From NCBI GenBank assembly GCA_021286705.1, contig JAJTBW010000001.1:9325-73324 (forward strand): a DNA stretch of 64,000 nt, given 5' to 3'. This DNA comes from Sphingobacteriia bacterium (GTDB taxonomy: Bacteria; Bacteroidota; Bacteroidia; Bacteroidales; TTA-H9). The position numbers were made by a program, and so were the translations under genes. Shown here piece by piece: positions 28,275 through 37,618 of this stretch (its first letter is position 1; every line of letters starts with the position of its first letter). The notes beneath the pieces are model-generated. The model did no database searches. It worked only from the letters and a program-made list of their open reading frames with translations, and was not told the DNA's origin.

Positions 28275-28668
28275 ATTTTATTTTGTTGAGATCGTTAACT
28301 GGTTAGAGCCCAATTTGTCGTTAAAAGGTCTTAGTACAGTCGGTTTTAGTTTCAAGACTTGATTAGTTAGATAGTCTTTCAGAAAATCAGGGATCTTGTA
28401 CGTGTCTATAGAAATTACTAAAGGATTAGGCTAACTGGTTAAGATAATAGTTGCTGCGATAATGATTTGGGAACTGGAAGTTTTAAGAGAGAGAGATACA
28501 ATTTTACTGTTTTTTTACTTTTTGTTGGTATAACGGAAATTTGAAGCAAGTTTGAGAAGTTTTGTTGCAAACTTTATGTCTAAAATTTTAGAACTTTAAG
28601 TCAAGAATAGTTCACTAAAAGAGTGAATCTATTTCAAATGTGTGTATATTTGCAAAAGAATTCAGTGA

Positions 28669-28992
28669 ATGAAAATTGAATTTGAGTACGACTATTTGCG
28701 CGAATTGTACGAAGAAGGAAAAGCATCGGGCAAACGATATAGGTTCCAGTCAGGGGTAATTAATCAGTATATTAAAACGGTGAGCATTCTGATGAAAGAA
28801 CCTGATACTGAGTCCTTGTATCAATATAAGAGCCTTCATTATGAACGAAAACATGGTAATCTACACGGCATCGAAGCAGTATATGTAAATAAGCAATACA
28901 GGCTTGAGTTTCGGAGTCGGTCAGAAGGCAAGGAACCAAATGTCATAACTATTTGTTCATTGCTAGATTTGAGCAACCACTATAAAAAATGA
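28669..28992 (+). CDS. higB: HigB-like (RelE/ParE superfamily, killer-protein type) toxin
   Basis: 107 aa. The pattern ...LHYERKHGNLHGIEAVYVNKQYRLEFRS...LSNHY matches the HigB killer-protein family. It overlaps the downstream antitoxin gene by 4 nt. Confidence 0.65.
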   Translation: MKIEFEYDYLRELYEEGKASGKRYRFQSGVINQYIKTVSILMKEPDTESLYQYKSLHYERKHGNLHGIEAVYVNKQYRLEFRSRSEGKEPNVITICSLLDLSNHYKK

Positions 28993-30104
28993 CACACATG
29001 GAAACAAAAGAGTACATCCCATTTAAGGCAATACACCCTGGACTTATCATTAAAGATGAACTGGATGCCCGAGGAATTTCTCAAAAAGAATTTGCGCAGG
29101 ATATTGGTATGCAAACAACTATGCTCAATGAAATTATTAAAGGTAAGCGAGCTATAACTGCCGAAATAGCGTTGGTCTTGGAAAAAGGTTTAGGAATAAA
29201 AGCTGCTTCATGGATGCGCCATCAGGTAGGTTATGAATTGGACTCTGTTCGTATTAAGGAACGTAACATCCTTAAAATTCAGCAAATGGAGACTTGGAGT
29301 ATTATTAAGCAATTTGTTCCGGTTTCGGCTTTCTCAAAACTTGGGTTGTTGTCAAATTCACTAGCTGATAATATTGCACGCATCTGGGATATTTACAATG
29401 TAGATTCTATCGACCTTTTAGTTCAACGGGTTTCTGTAAATAAATGCAATGAGTATTATAAAAAGTCGGAGAAGTTAAAAAGCGACCAAGTAAATATCAT
29501 GGGTTGGAGCCAGTTAGTACGTTGGCAAGCCACTTCAATTAAGGTAAATGTATTTAGTCCTGATAACCGTGATGTTATAATTACCGAATTAAAAGAGGTT
29601 ATTCGAGCCAACAAAAATGTTGTAAGGTATACGCAGGAAGTACTCCATAAATATGGAATAAAATTTTTGGTACAGGAACGATTTAAACAATCTCCAATAG
29701 ATGGCTATTCTTTTTGGAGTAGTGAGAATCCAACCATTGTTGTTACAATGCGTAAAAAATTCCTCGATAATTTTGCATTTACAATAATGCATGAGTTAGG
29801 CCATGTTTTCACTCATCTTGTGGCAGATAAAAATGTAGATTTCTTAGATATAGAATACCCAAATAGATCATTGTCAGTTAAGGAACAGGAAGCACACCAT
29901 TTTGCTCAACAATGTTTTTTAAAAGATGCTACTTGGAACGAATTTTTTAGCCGAAACATAAAATTCTCTTATCCCTCAACTGAAAAGGAAATGGTTCAGT
30001 TGGCCGTCAAAGAGAAAATCCACCCCAGTATAATTCTAGGAAGATACTGTTTTGAAACTCGTAATTTTGCTATCAAAACAAGCATTGATCGTACAATCAG
30101 TTAG
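28989..30104 (+). CDS. higA: HigA-like XRE-HTH antitoxin fused to ImmA/IrrE (DUF955) metallopeptidase domain
   Basis: N-terminus is HPGLIIKDELDARGISQKEFAQDIGMQTTMLNEIIKGKRAITAEIALVLEKGLG (HigA HTH). The C-terminal part has the HExxH motif MHELGHVFTH. Confidence 0.7.
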   Translation: MTHMETKEYIPFKAIHPGLIIKDELDARGISQKEFAQDIGMQTTMLNEIIKGKRAITAEIALVLEKGLGIKAASWMRHQVGYELDSVRIKERNILKIQQMETWSIIKQFVPVSAFSKLGLLSNSLADNIARIWDIYNVDSIDLLVQRVSVNKCNEYYKKSEKLKSDQVNIMGWSQLVRWQATSIKVNVFSPDNRDVIITELKEVIRANKNVVRYTQEVLHKYGIKFLVQERFKQSPIDGYSFWSSENPTIVVTMRKKFLDNFAFTIMHELGHVFTHLVADKNVDFLDIEYPNRSLSVKEQEAHHFAQQCFLKDATWNEFFSRNIKFSYPSTEKEMVQLAVKEKIHPSIILGRYCFETRNFAIKTSIDRTIS

Positions 30105-30204
30105 CATTCTACATACGTATCATTTCTGAGGTCATATAGTGTGATTGAGGTTTAACCAAACATCAGATTTCCCCCTTCCTTTAAAACAGTTTGAAATCTG
30201 TCAA

Positions 30205-30258
30205 AGACAGAATTAAATCCATAGTTTTGCAGCTGCCTCTGGTTGTTAACCTTGTATG
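30205..30258 (+). repeat. IS-debris-like repeat, copy C (~90% identical to 25829-25882)
   Basis: Aligned by eye. It lies at the transition from the AT-rich island to the higher-GC patch. Confidence 0.7.
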
Positions 30259-30284
30259 GCGCAGATCATTTAAAAGGTGGACTA

Positions 30285-30908
30285 ATGGAATCATCTGAGA
30301 TTTTAAAATCGTTTCCTTTTCTGTCAAAGGCTGCTCTCCAGGAGATTATCCAAAACGCGGCTGAGAAGTTTGTGAAAAGGGGAGATATTATTGTTAAACA
30401 GGGTCAGTACCTGAATGTGCTTCCGCTGGTGGTGAAGGGTTCTATACGGGTGTTTCAACAGTATGAAGACAGAGAGATCCTGCTCTATTATGTCATGAAG
30501 GGTGAGACCTGCATAATGTCCCTCTCAGCCTGTTTCTTCTCCACTCCGAGTCAGTCGCAGGCTGTTGCCGATGAAGATAGTGCCATGCTTCTGGTTCCTA
30601 AAAAGTTTATTTATGAATGGCAACGTAAGTTCCCCGAATGGAATGAGTTTACGATCAGCACCTATAGAAGTCGTTATGATGAGCTGTTGAATGCATTCAA
30701 TGGCGTCGTGTTTACCGGTATTGAAGCCCGACTGCATGATTACCTTTATGCCTACTCTAAAGCCAATAATTGTTCATTGGTTCCCTTTACCCATAACGCT
30801 TTAGCCAATGAACTGGGAACAACCCGTGTGGTCATCTCACGTCTGCTGAAACGCTGGGAGGAGGATGGAAAGGTTAAGCTTCAACGAAAGGGGATTCTAC
30901 TGAAATAA
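30285..30908 (+). CDS. Crp/Fnr-family transcription regulator
   Basis: It has a cNMP-binding-like beta-roll (RGDIIVKQGQYLNVLPLVVKGSIRV) and a C-terminal HTH ALANELGTTRVVISRLLKRWE. The ORF opens at 30243, but MESSEIL at 30285 is the more likely start. Confidence 0.75.
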   Translation: MESSEILKSFPFLSKAALQEIIQNAAEKFVKRGDIIVKQGQYLNVLPLVVKGSIRVFQQYEDREILLYYVMKGETCIMSLSACFFSTPSQSQAVADEDSAMLLVPKKFIYEWQRKFPEWNEFTISTYRSRYDELLNAFNGVVFTGIEARLHDYLYAYSKANNCSLVPFTHNALANELGTTRVVISRLLKRWEEDGKVKLQRKGILLK

Positions 30909-30996
30909 TTTTTATTGTTCTGTATCAAAAGGATCATTTATCGACCATTGTTGCACGGTAGTTTTGCCGCATGTTTATCTTAAATAAATATAGACA

Positions 30997-31305
30997 ATGG
31001 AAAAAATGAGATTTTTCGTGGATACCCACGACAGTAAAAACAGCACTTTCCCAGCTGGTATTACCCCATCACAGTTTGAAGCATTTTATGCTGAATATGA
31101 GAAAGCTTGCTATGCAGAAAACGTGGTTCCTGTTCGGATACATGTTGGCTATGATGAAGGACGGGCCTTCTGCCTTAATATGGCCACCGATGCCGAGGCC
31201 GTGAGACGGGCTCATGAACGTGTGGGTTTACCTTTCGACTCGATTACCGAAGTTAAAATGGCCTCCCCTGGCGATACCTTCTTCCGTCAACCTGAGTCTA
31301 AATAG
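30997..31305 (+). CDS. DUF4242-like small protein
   Basis: 102 aa. The pattern MRFFVDTHD...VRIHVGYDEGRAFCLNMATDAEAVRRAHERVGLPFDSITEV matches my memory of DUF4242 (SCO4226-like). Confidence 0.5.
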   Translation: MEKMRFFVDTHDSKNSTFPAGITPSQFEAFYAEYEKACYAENVVPVRIHVGYDEGRAFCLNMATDAEAVRRAHERVGLPFDSITEVKMASPGDTFFRQPESK

Positions 31306-31528
31306 CATGATAAGGGATTTCCATTTAAAAGATGCCTCTTAAAAGGAGTCGTATGAGCGTAAATTATGTAAGTTCCGGCAGGTTGAATCCGTTTCTATCT
31401 TATATATCGTTGAAAGCAGTAGTATGCTATCTGGATTGAATCTACAGTTATTTACTTAATTTGCGGTCTCTTTTATTGTTTGACCCGATAGATTTGCCGG
31501 GCTTATGAATGCAAAAATCATTATCTGA

Positions 31529-31930
31529 ATGGTGACACAAATCAAGATGTTTCAAATAATACTCTTTGTCGATAATCAGGAGATTAGCAGCATCTTTTAC
31601 CAGCGACTTCTACGTATAGCTCCCTCACTCAATGTCCCCGGGATGACGGAATTTACCATTTCCGATCATCTTAAGCTCGGTTTGATGCCCAATAATGGGA
31701 TTGCCCGAATCCTTGGTGATGTCATGCCTCATCCATCTGAAGGAAATGGTATCCCAAGATGTGAACTCTATATTTATGTGGATGATCTCGAGTCGGAGTT
31801 TGGTAATGCTACTCATTGTGGTGCCAGCTTAGTGAGTGGTATACAGCAGCGAAACTGGGGCGATAAGGCATGCTACTTTGCTGATCCCGATGGGCACATT
31901 ATTGCTTTTGCAAAGAAGATAGATGATTAA
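31529..31930 (+). CDS. VOC-family (glyoxalase/bleomycin-resistance fold) protein
   Basis: 133 aa, with the C-terminal CYFADPDGHIIAFAKK typical of VOC proteins. Confidence 0.6.
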   Translation: MVTQIKMFQIILFVDNQEISSIFYQRLLRIAPSLNVPGMTEFTISDHLKLGLMPNNGIARILGDVMPHPSEGNGIPRCELYIYVDDLESEFGNATHCGASLVSGIQQRNWGDKACYFADPDGHIIAFAKKIDD

Positions 31931-31989
31931 CTCTGCAGGAAATAGTTTAGCAATAGTGACGTTATATAGATCGGATAGCATTGTAATAA

Positions 31990-32601
31990 AATGGAGTCAT
32001 ATATGACAAATATCTATCTGCCTTTCATCTCTTTGGCCATTCATGGGGCGGACTTTATGCTCAGATCTATTGCCAAAAATACCCTGAGAAACTATTAAGC
32101 CTATTCTTGTGTTGTCCTGGCTCCGGGACTAATACCGAGTGGAGGCAAACTGAAAAGGAGGTGATGCAATTCAATAAATCGAAGTGTAATACCCGGGAGT
32201 GGTCGATGATGGGATTGAATAGCTTATTGGGAATGGTCGGTTCGAATAAAGCCTACAAGCGTCTTTTTATGCAAGTAATAAAGAATTATAATGATGGTCT
32301 TGTAGATGCCTCCAATTTAAATGTTGATTTCGATAATCTTACTGCGGATGCGATAAATAGTACGAGACCAGAGATTGTGAAGTACCCTTTGTTACAAAAG
32401 CAAGAGAATCTCCCATTCAGAGTTACTATTGTTTATGGCGAGTGGGATATTTATGGTAGAAGCAAAGATTATGTAATCAACAGGTATCCCTCTGCTAAGG
32501 TTATTACGATACCACAGTCCGGTCATTTACCCTGGTTACACAATCCACAAATGTATACTCAGGTAGTTGATCGTCATTTTAAATTTAAAATTTACACATA
32601 A
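31990..32601 (+). pseudogene. 5'-truncated alpha/beta hydrolase
   Basis: The frame is open from a TAA at 31987-31989. It encodes the nucleophile elbow LFGHSWGG and the C-terminal QSGHLPWLHNP. The ~90 aa normally preceding the elbow and any start codon are missing. Confidence 0.55.
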
Positions 32602-32602
32602 G

Positions 32603-33061
32603 ATGAAGAAAATAAAGAAGTTGTCGGAGAATAAGAATTATACGGCTGTTAATATTGGTTCATTGCAGGATATTGGTGAATACGAGTTGATTCATCCTAA
32701 AACTAATGCTACTATTAAAGGAAAGGTCTTCCTGAAAGAAGCTAGCCAGTCGACCGGGACAGAGATCTCTTTCAATGCATTGCCTCCCAAAACAGAGGTA
32801 GGCTATTTTCATATTCATAACAAGGATGAGGAGACATATATTATCTTGCAGGGCTCCGGTTATTATCAGGTGGATGAAGATTGTTTTCCAATTGAAGAGG
32901 GCAGTGTAATCAGAGTCTCTCCTGCAGGGGTACGGAGTTTATGCAACACGTCTGAAACGACGATGATTTATATATGTGTACAATCCAAGGAGAACTCGCT
33001 CGAGGAACACACCACCGATGATGGGAGACGCATTAATTGTGAACCCAAATGGAAAAAGTAA
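32603..33061 (+). CDS. Cupin-domain protein
   Basis: The cupin motifs lie in GYFHIHNKDEETYIILQGSGYYQVDEDCFPIEEGSVIRVSPAGVRSLCN. The start is taken at MKKIKKL. Confidence 0.65.
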   Translation: MKKIKKLSENKNYTAVNIGSLQDIGEYELIHPKTNATIKGKVFLKEASQSTGTEISFNALPPKTEVGYFHIHNKDEETYIILQGSGYYQVDEDCFPIEEGSVIRVSPAGVRSLCNTSETTMIYICVQSKENSLEEHTTDDGRRINCEPKWKK

Positions 33062-33534
33062 ATCATAAGGAGCACAACTATAAACTGTCGATTCGCTGGA
33101 CCGGCAATAAGGGTGAGGGGACTAAGAATTACACGGCATACGAGCGTAGCCATGTGATACAGGTCGAGAATAAGCCTGATATCTCAGGTTCATCCGATCC
33201 TGCGTTTCGTGGGGATAGTACCATGTATAACCCTGAGGAGTTGTTGGTTGCCTCACTGTCGTCATGTCACATGCTTTGGTATCTGCATTTATGTGCCGAA
33301 GCCAAAGTGATTGTCATAGACTATGTTGACCATGCAACCGGTAAAATGGTGGAGACTGAGGAAGGAGGTGGTAGTTTTACGGAGGTTACTCTACACCCTG
33401 TCGTAACTGTAAAGGAGGCTTCCATGCTTGGCAATGCCCGGGAACTCCACTTAAAGGCTCATGAGCTTTGCTTTATTGCTAACTCGGTTAATTTCCCGGT
33501 ATATCTCCATCCGTTGATTAATTCTGTTGATTGA
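33049..33534 (+). CDS. OsmC/Ohr-family protein
   Basis: 161 aa. NPEELLVASLSSCHMLWYLHLC contains the conserved OsmC Cys region. Confidence 0.7.
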   Translation: MEKVNHKEHNYKLSIRWTGNKGEGTKNYTAYERSHVIQVENKPDISGSSDPAFRGDSTMYNPEELLVASLSSCHMLWYLHLCAEAKVIVIDYVDHATGKMVETEEGGGSFTEVTLHPVVTVKEASMLGNARELHLKAHELCFIANSVNFPVYLHPLINSVD

Positions 33535-33566
33535 GCTGTATTTGTTGATTAAAGATTGGTTGTAAA

Positions 33567-33853
33567 ATGGAAATTGTTGAAGTTGCTTTTGGTGAGTTCT
33601 CTATTACCACTGATCTACCATTGCCTATCTGGGCGATGTCTATATTTTAGAGGGCTATCGTGGTCTGGGTCTTTCAAAAAAGTTGATGGAGTGTATTATG
33701 GGTCATCCGAATCTGCAAGGTTTACAGCGATGGATCTTATTAACTTCAACTGCCGCCTGATTATATGAGAAGTATGGTTTTGCAAGGCTCGCCAAGCCCG
33801 AGAAGTATATGGAGATTTTTAATCCGGGGGTTTATGGAAAGGGGGAGGGGTAA
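33567..33853 (+). pseudogene. Decayed GNAT N-acetyltransferase (internal deletion/frameshift plus in-frame TGA at 33758-33760)
   Basis: The N-terminal frame is MEIVEVAFGEFSITTD. It then shifts to a second frame, AYLGDVYILEGYRGLGLSKKLMECIMGHPNLQGLQRWILLTSTAA-stop-LYEKYGFARLAKPEKYMEIF. That second frame is the acetyl-CoA motif A and C-terminus of a GNAT. Confidence 0.6.
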
Positions 33854-34183
33854 AGGGAGTATGATATTAATGACCAAGTCTGTTACGTTGATGTAAGTCA
33901 TGAGATTCCGTGATGATTGAAAAGAGTATTTGAGTAGTTTAGGTATTAAACCAGATACCTCTGGATAAAAGAGTTTTATACTTATCATCTTAGATGGAAT
34001 GTCAGTTAATGGCTGATAATTATGGATCATAGTTATCAGCTATTTTTTTGTTCTAGGGTTGCGATTTTAGTTCATTCGTTGAAAAACTAATGAACTTGGA
34101 TGATCTGGTTTTTTAAATTAGAATAAAATAATTTTCATAAATATGGTTCAGTTTTACGGGTTTTGGTTGAAAGTTAACAGCCA

Positions 34184-34368
34184 TTTTCTTATCATTGTAT
34201 AACCATTCTGTAAGGCTTACTCAATCTAGATATGATACATGGTGAAATTTTAGATATGCGCATGATTTTCATGTGTGTAATTTGTTGTTGTATGTATTGT
34301 TAGACAGTGAGTTAAAGGAGATTTACTGGGACTGACGGGGCGAAGCTGTAGGGAGTGTGAGCGTTTTT
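34184..34368 (+). repeat. Conserved non-coding element, copy 2 (paralogue of 13127-13310)
   Basis: The invariant blocks are at 34297-34314 and 34326-34347 with the same 11-nt spacing. It ends 18 nt before the ORF at 34386. Confidence 0.8.
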
Positions 34369-34385
34369 AACCTTGAATTTTATTT

Positions 34386-34844
34386 ATGAAGATATACTCA
34401 GATTACTTTATCGAGCTAACGAAGCCGGTAATTCAGCATACCCATTATTTGGTCACTTATGAAGAAGGAGATATTGTCTATTTTATTGGTTGTTATAAGA
34501 CCCTTAAAAAGGCTAAAGTGGTTCTCAATGCTCTTTGGACGGGTGACTATCTTTCAAAAAAGCGGGGTTTTTACGTGGACTATATCTTGAACCCTTTTGC
34601 TACTGTACCACTTAGAGGTGAAAGGTATATAATTGGTGGATTTTATGGAATCACTGATGGAGAAACCACTGTAGTAATAACGAAAATTGATATAAAGCTT
34701 ATAAATTGGCCTCTAGAAGTTAAGGCCTGTGAAAATGTTCGTCGCCTGTTCCCGGATTTTAAGATGGAAATTGAAGATGAAGAATCGGTACGATATGATG
34801 AGTTTGATGAAAAATACAGACTGAAAATGGATTATGCGAATTGA
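34386..34844 (+). CDS. Hypothetical protein (152 aa)
   Basis: ATG ORF directly downstream of conserved element copy 2. I recognise no family. Confidence 0.5.
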   Translation: MKIYSDYFIELTKPVIQHTHYLVTYEEGDIVYFIGCYKTLKKAKVVLNALWTGDYLSKKRGFYVDYILNPFATVPLRGERYIIGGFYGITDGETTVVITKIDIKLINWPLEVKACENVRRLFPDFKMEIEDEESVRYDEFDEKYRLKMDYAN

Positions 34845-34998
34845 TTCCACTTTCTTTTTATTTGTGCACTTAGGCTGCATACAAAGGCTTTTACTTTGCT
34901 GTGTTATTGATCGGGATGTTCCAAGAACCTTTCATCCATGACTAAAAAATTAAGAAGGTTCTACCTAAAAGGTCTAATTATTAGTTAACAAAGGCTAT

Positions 34999-37365
34999 AT
35001 GAAGTATTACAAGAGGAGTTCTCTGGTCTTCTTATTTATTCTATGCTATTTCATAGGCATTGCCCAAAAGTTGACCATTGCCGACATCCAGAACATCTGT
35101 AACAATAAAGATGTGGATGCAATCAATCAGATCATGCTTGCAAAGGGGTGGTCTTATTATGATTCAAAAGATGAGAATGAGAGAGGATATGGGGTAGTTA
35201 CATGGGCTTATAATAAAAGCAGTTTTGGTGATAAAGCCAATGGTTGGTTTTCTGTGATAACCTCTAATGGACTTTCAGAGCAATGTGAGTATACGGTGTT
35301 CAATAAGCCGGCTTATTTTATTGTCTTCAATGCGATTAAGGCGAATGGGTATAAGTTTCAGAAGAGTTCTGTCGAAGAGAACTCGATAGTAAGTCGGTAT
35401 GCTAATGCTAAGTATTATTTAAGTATCCATACGTTAAAATTAAGTGATGATGAATATGTTGACAATAGTCTCACCGGTTATAAGTTCTTGATTGAAAAGA
35501 AGGGTGGAATATTGGATAATGCCAATGGATCCAAAAAGATCTATTATGAAGACAGTGATGCCTTACAGATAATTTACAATCTAAAGGATGGAATGTTTCA
35601 CGGAGCTGCTACCTGGTATCATCGCAATGGAAAAGTGATGAAAACCGGGAACTTCGTGAACGACAGACAAAATGGTCAGTTTAAAGAGTATGATGAAGAG
35701 GGGAACATGGTGGCGAGCTATACCATGCTGGATGATAGTATTGATGGGATTTTAATGATTTATGATAATCAAAAACTCGTCTCAAAAGTAAGCTATAAAA
35801 ATGGTGCAAAGCAGGGAGTTTGTGAGTACTATTCTTCCAATGATGCGGGTACAATTACTATTTTAGATCAGGGGAATTATATAAATAATGTTCGGGATGG
35901 TGTTTGGAATACCTTTTTGCTAAAGGATGGTAAGAAGTTATTGATGGATTTTATAACCTTTAAGAATGGAGTTCAGGATGGAAAGTTTTGTAAATATAAA
36001 AACGATTCGGTTATCTTTGGGAGTTATAAAAACGATCGCATAGATGGTGAGTATCTGGTGTATAGTAATAATTTGATCAGAGTGTTAGGCATATACGAAT
36101 ATCAAGATACTGTAAATATGTCTTTATGCTCGAAAGGCTTTTATAAGGATGGAAAGAAGACTGGGTTCTGGCGAAATTATCAGGGAAGAGATCGGGTAGA
36201 AGCTGGTTATTACGTTAATGATCTTAAAGAAGGGGAGTGGAAGCGGTATTATGCTGACTATCTTTCTTATGATAAAAGTCTGAATATTAAAGGAGAGTTG
36301 TATTTAGTGGAGCAATACCAACATGGAAAACGAAATGGGAAGTCTGAACGGTTTTCATATATTGTTCCTCAAGTGGTACCTTGTGAAGACTTGAAAAGTC
36401 CCATAAATACTAACTCAGACACCTGTTTTAAGTATTATGTAGAGAGATTTAAAGAGGTGTCAACTTATAAAGATGATCTTCTTGATGGTCTATATCTCTA
36501 CACTGACAGTCATGGGATTATTCTCTCTAAAGGTAATTACCGGAATGGTAAAAAGGAGGGTGAATGGCTTGAGTCTGAGAAGTACACTTCTAATGACGAT
36601 AGTACAATCAATTACTTCCGAAAGGGCACATATAAGAATGATCTGAAGCATGGTCTTTGGATAGAGTCTTTCGAAAATGGTAATATAGCCGCCTCAGCTA
36701 ACTATTATGAAGGGATGCTCAACGGTTTGAGTATTACCTATGGGGAAAGGGATATTAAAAAGTCGAGGCTGAGTTTTCTCTTCGGTGAGTTAACGACGTT
36801 GGAGGTTTTTGATGATAAAGGAGATCAGATTATTAGAATGTATGATATATTGGATGAGACCTCCTCGTTTTATAGGTTGAAAAGAACCTTGATTAATCCT
36901 GATAATACGTTTGTAGGTGAGTATTATTGGGCAAAAGATAATCAGGTTACTAGCTATGATCTGTTTGATATTGTTTTTAGCATTAGTTCAATCAATGAAG
37001 ACGGTAATAGTTGTTATCCGGATGGTATGTTCATTGGTTACGATTCAAAAATGCAAAAGATTTATGAGGGTCGTAAGTATAAGGCAATGAAAATTGGAGA
37101 TTGGATCTACTATTATCCTGATCAGGATGTTGAAGTTAAGATTGGATATGGTAAGGATGGTGAGATTGAAAGTGAAAGATATGTGACTATGTCGTCTCAG
37201 GAGGATTTTTCTGGTACGTTTAAATATATCGACTCGAAAGAGAATACCCGCGAGGAGTGTAAAATTAAAAAGGGACTTAGAAATGGGAAGTCTGTTCTTT
37301 ATGATATGACATCGGGGGATAAGATTAAAGTGGTGAGGTATTCTGAGGGTAAGGTGGAGGAATAG
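34999..37365 (+). CDS. Secreted protein built from many YwqK/MORN-variant repeats (788 aa)
   Basis: It has a signal-like N-terminus. G-x-W/F-x-x-Y-x-x-x-G modules recur, e.g. HGAATWYHRNGKVMKTGNFVNDRQNGQFKEYDEEGNMV, KKTGFWRNY, LKEGEWKRYY and LKHGLWIESFENGN. Confidence 0.65.
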   Translation: MKYYKRSSLVFLFILCYFIGIAQKLTIADIQNICNNKDVDAINQIMLAKGWSYYDSKDENERGYGVVTWAYNKSSFGDKANGWFSVITSNGLSEQCEYTVFNKPAYFIVFNAIKANGYKFQKSSVEENSIVSRYANAKYYLSIHTLKLSDDEYVDNSLTGYKFLIEKKGGILDNANGSKKIYYEDSDALQIIYNLKDGMFHGAATWYHRNGKVMKTGNFVNDRQNGQFKEYDEEGNMVASYTMLDDSIDGILMIYDNQKLVSKVSYKNGAKQGVCEYYSSNDAGTITILDQGNYINNVRDGVWNTFLLKDGKKLLMDFITFKNGVQDGKFCKYKNDSVIFGSYKNDRIDGEYLVYSNNLIRVLGIYEYQDTVNMSLCSKGFYKDGKKTGFWRNYQGRDRVEAGYYVNDLKEGEWKRYYADYLSYDKSLNIKGELYLVEQYQHGKRNGKSERFSYIVPQVVPCEDLKSPINTNSDTCFKYYVERFKEVSTYKDDLLDGLYLYTDSHGIILSKGNYRNGKKEGEWLESEKYTSNDDSTINYFRKGTYKNDLKHGLWIESFENGNIAASANYYEGMLNGLSITYGERDIKKSRLSFLFGELTTLEVFDDKGDQIIRMYDILDETSSFYRLKRTLINPDNTFVGEYYWAKDNQVTSYDLFDIVFSISSINEDGNSCYPDGMFIGYDSKMQKIYEGRKYKAMKIGDWIYYYPDQDVEVKIGYGKDGEIESERYVTMSSQEDFSGTFKYIDSKENTREECKIKKGLRNGKSVLYDMTSGDKIKVVRYSEGKVEE

Positions 37366-37618
37366 TTCATTATTCAGATAATCTATGATTGAGAACCTTT
37401 AGAGATTAAAAGGGCTGTTAGATTATTCTTTTTCAGGTTTGATACTAATGATCATGTGCTTCTTGAAGAAAATTACCTATTCTTGATAATGATTATTGAG
37501 CGTTTTTGGAGATTGTTTTGAATGAGATACTGTTGGTATGCGATTGAAAGTAAGGTTTAAAAGTGTATATTAGATTGGTGCATTAGTAAAATGATTTTTT
37601 ATTAAGTAAAGTTGATCT

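Noticed and set aside
27309-33760. Alternative genetic code (TGA read as Gly or Trp) to explain the two in-frame TGAs.
   Set aside because: Some well-supported genes in the window terminate with TGA at the expected protein end, for example the histidine kinase at 516-518 and TerC at 3416-3418. Standard code 11 with pseudogenes is therefore the simpler reading. I kept it as a check under the relevant finding.
33556-34030. ORFs at 33556-33768 (+) and 33761-34030 (-).
   Set aside because: The first is an out-of-frame reading across the decayed GNAT gene. The second lies in AT-rich intergenic DNA and has no features.
13127-34368. The conserved ~180-bp element as a tRNA/tmRNA-derived attachment site.
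   Set aside because: I could fold no cloverleaf, no T-loop GGTTCGAATCC-type sequence and no acceptor-like stem. GGGACTGACGGGG only superficially resembles a tmRNA 5' end. No integrase gene is nearby.
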